58,362 nt of DNA. Source: a bacterium (GTDB taxonomy: Bacteria; UBP15; UBA6099; DSWB01). Both the position numbers and the translations under genes were made by a program. The stretch lies in NCBI GenBank assembly GCA_020061125.1, contig JAGUYV010000086.1, positions 1 to 58,362 on the forward strand, written 5' to 3'. Shown in pieces: positions 56,729 to 58,362 of this stretch (positions are counted from its first letter, which is position 1; each line of letters begins with the position of its first letter). Under the pieces are notes generated by a model. The model did no database searches. It was not told the DNA's origin and saw only the letters and a program-made list of their open reading frames with translations.

Positions 56729-58362
56729 TGTCCTCAAGAACCTCATCAAGTCTCTGCCTGTACAGGGGTTCGTCAGGGAAAAGAGCGGCTGCACGACGAA
56801 AAGCGGAAATCGCGTGTTCACGATCTCCTCGGGCCAGCAGAGCCTGGCCCAGGTGAAATGCGGCGCGCGCCTCAATTCCTGTCCCTGGCGGAGCCTTTGC
56901 TATAATATCCTCTAATAGCTCAATCCCTTTGTCAATATTTCCTGTATTATATAGCAAAACCGCCAGGTCTCCCGCGGCTTCAAGAAAATTCGGATCCAGT
57001 TCCAGCGCATGCTCCCAGGTTTTTCTCGCCACCGTGACATCTCCGGAATGATTGTGCGCTTTGCCCAGGAATTTCCAGAGCACGGGGTTTTTGGGGTCTT
57101 TCTTGATGGCTTCGCGGTACAGGGCCTGTGCATCGCGCGCGCGGTCCAGCTTGAGCAGGGTTTCGCCGTAGCTGAACAGCGCGGGCAGGAAATCCGGCGC
57201 TTCGCGCAGTGCGCGTTCGAACAGCCGCGCCGCGCTGTCATAGTCCTGCATGAGCATGTAAGCATCTCCCGCAGCATGAAGATATTGCGGGTCGTGCGGG
57301 GCGAAACGGAGCGCGGTTTCGTAGGCCGCGGAGGATTCTTCGGGCATGCGCATCTCGAAATGCGCGCGGCCCAGCGCGGCCCATGGGCGCAGATCATTGG
57401 GATTGAGCGACAGGCACTGGTTGGCCACCCGCACCGTGTTTGCGTAGTAAAAGACTTTGGCCGGCACGGCGCGGCCCCAGGGAGGCGCGGCCGCGGCATC
57501 TGGCAATCGTCCATGCCAAAGCGCGCGCCATTTGCCCAGGTCAGGATGCCGCACCACCGCCGCGTAAAAAGGCAGCATGTGCGCCGGGATCCGTTCCCGG
57601 TTGGCGCGCAGCAGCAGCGCACGCATCATCTCCACGCACATTTCCGGCTCATAGGCGTATGCGGCGCGCGCGGTCTCCATGAGATGCAGCGCGGTTTCCG
57701 GAGGGTCTTTGGGGAACCGGTTCTCGACAGCTATTCCGCGGCCGAACAGAAGATGCGAAATCACAGGCTGCGCGGCGAGCCAGACCGTGCCTGCGAACAC
57801 GGCCACGCACAGCGCGGAGGCAATGGCGCGGCTCCGTGCCGCCTCGGGCGAGCGCATCCCGCTTTCCGGCGCGGTCTGCTGCCAGGGATTCTCCGCCAGC
57901 GAGAGCAGCATGCCCGCGAATACCCAGAAACATGCGGCCGCAGCAGGCACATGGAACGGAAATTGAAAATTCGAATACAAAATCATGGCGATGAGGCCGG
58001 AAAACAACCCCGCGCGCAACAGAGCCGTTTCGCCGTCTTCTGAACCAGCGCCCGCAGTCCTTCGCATGCGCGGCGCACCGCGAATAAGAATCACCACGAT
58101 AACCGCCGCGAACAGCAGCGCGCCGGGAGCGCCCGCTTCCGCCCACAGTTCAAGAAAATCATTGTGCGCGCGGTCCGGGAAACTCACATGCGCCTTCCAT
58201 ACGGGATCGTCATTATAGGCTGCGACATAGCGCGGATACTGGCGGATGTATTGACCGAGACCGGTTCCCAACAAAGGCCTGTCACCGGCCATGTCCCAGG
58301 TAGTTTTCCAGATGAGGGCGCGCTGCATGGCGCTCGGGTCCGCGGCGCCGGGCAGTTGCACC
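56706..58362 (-). CDS. O-antigen-ligase-like (Wzy_C) membrane domain fused to TPR repeats; 5' end lies outside the window
   Basis: The partial ORF runs off the window edge. It has AHNDFLELWAEAGAPGALLF and flanking hydrophobic helices (Wzy_C-like), followed by at least 6 TPR units (RPWAALGRAHFEMRMPEESSAAYETAL, PVLWKFLGKAHNHSGDVTVARKTWEHAL and others). Confidence 0.75.
   Translation of the reverse strand, partial: VQLPGAADPSAMQRALIWKTTWDMAGDRPLLGTGLGQYIRQYPRYVAAYNDDPVWKAHVSFPDRAHNDFLELWAEAGAPGALLFAAVIVVILIRGAPRMRRTAGAGSEDGETALLRAGLFSGLIAMILYSNFQFPFHVPAAAACFWVFAGMLLSLAENPWQQTAPESGMRSPEAARSRAIASALCVAVFAGTVWLAAQPVISHLLFGRGIAVENRFPKDPPETALHLMETARAAYAYEPEMCVEMMRALLLRANRERIPAHMLPFYAAVVRHPDLGKWRALWHGRLPDAAAAPPWGRAVPAKVFYYANTVRVANQCLSLNPNDLRPWAALGRAHFEMRMPEESSAAYETALRFAPHDPQYLHAAGDAYMLMQDYDSAARLFERALREAPDFLPALFSYGETLLKLDRARDAQALYREAIKKDPKNPVLWKFLGKAHNHSGDVTVARKTWEHALELDPNFLEAAGDLAVLLYNTGNIDKGIELLEDIIAKAPPGTGIEARAAFHLGQALLARGDREHAISAFRRAAALFPDEPLYRQRLDEVLEDNEANRTP

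Noticed and set aside
55322-56905. 527-aa ORF on the plus strand
   Set aside because: It is antisense to the secretin gene, with no recognisable motif and a shadow-ORF composition.

Overview
58.4 kb of high-G+C bacterial chromosome; spot counts of single 60-nt lines give about 65-70% G+C in most genes. I support 44 protein-coding genes and found no rRNA, tRNA, CRISPR array, transposase or integrase. All domain names come from motifs I read in the supplied translations, not from database searches.

Layout, left to right:
- A monocistronic thioester alpha-2-macroglobulin.
- A minus-strand string: ATP:cob(I)alamin adenosyltransferase, MeaB, acyl-CoA mutase large subunit, SRPBCC protein, secreted beta-propeller.
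- mdh, Tat-signal metallophosphoesterase, acpS, lipoprotein.
- An ABC-2 exporter.
- A 428-bp AT-rich spacer holding a REPIN-like inverted hairpin pair.
- A lower-G+C envelope block: an SLH-anchored SlpA/OmpM-like giant beta-barrel coupled to a YVTN-propeller lipoprotein, then a 1413-aa internally duplicated membrane-anchored protein.
- STAS protein plus two tandem phosphohexomutase paralogues.
- LolA-like protein and a B12-radical-SAM enzyme.
- A four-gene peptidoglycan-remodelling operon: VanW, transpeptidase-only PBP, SpoIID, MA-peptidase.
- Nudix/GNAT/HAD trio; DUF2233 plus DUF3467.
- LptD-like barrel, thioesterase, hypothetical.
- An M48-TPR / TPR / NfeD / SPFH operon.
- Precorrin-2 dehydrogenase and hemC, a sigma-54-type activator, gltX.
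- A secretin overlapped by an O-antigen-ligase-TPR fusion, cut by the window end.

The envelope gene content (SLH-tethered barrel, LptD-like protein, secretin, BepA-like protease) points to a diderm. This looks like a core chromosomal region, not a mobile island.

Best candidates for undescribed biology:
1. The envelope block at 16.7-25.4 kb.
2. The overlapping VanW/PBP/SpoIID/MA-peptidase operon.
3. The phosphohexomutase pair, in which the first copy has lost the catalytic Ser and one Mg ligand.
4. The mutase operon, which carries an isobutyryl-CoA-mutase signature and has no B12-binding subunit.
5. An enhancer-binding protein with a destroyed GAFTGA loop.

All of these are inferences from sequence and need homology searches or structure prediction. 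Start codons that I moved inward from the ORF track are stated in each feature.
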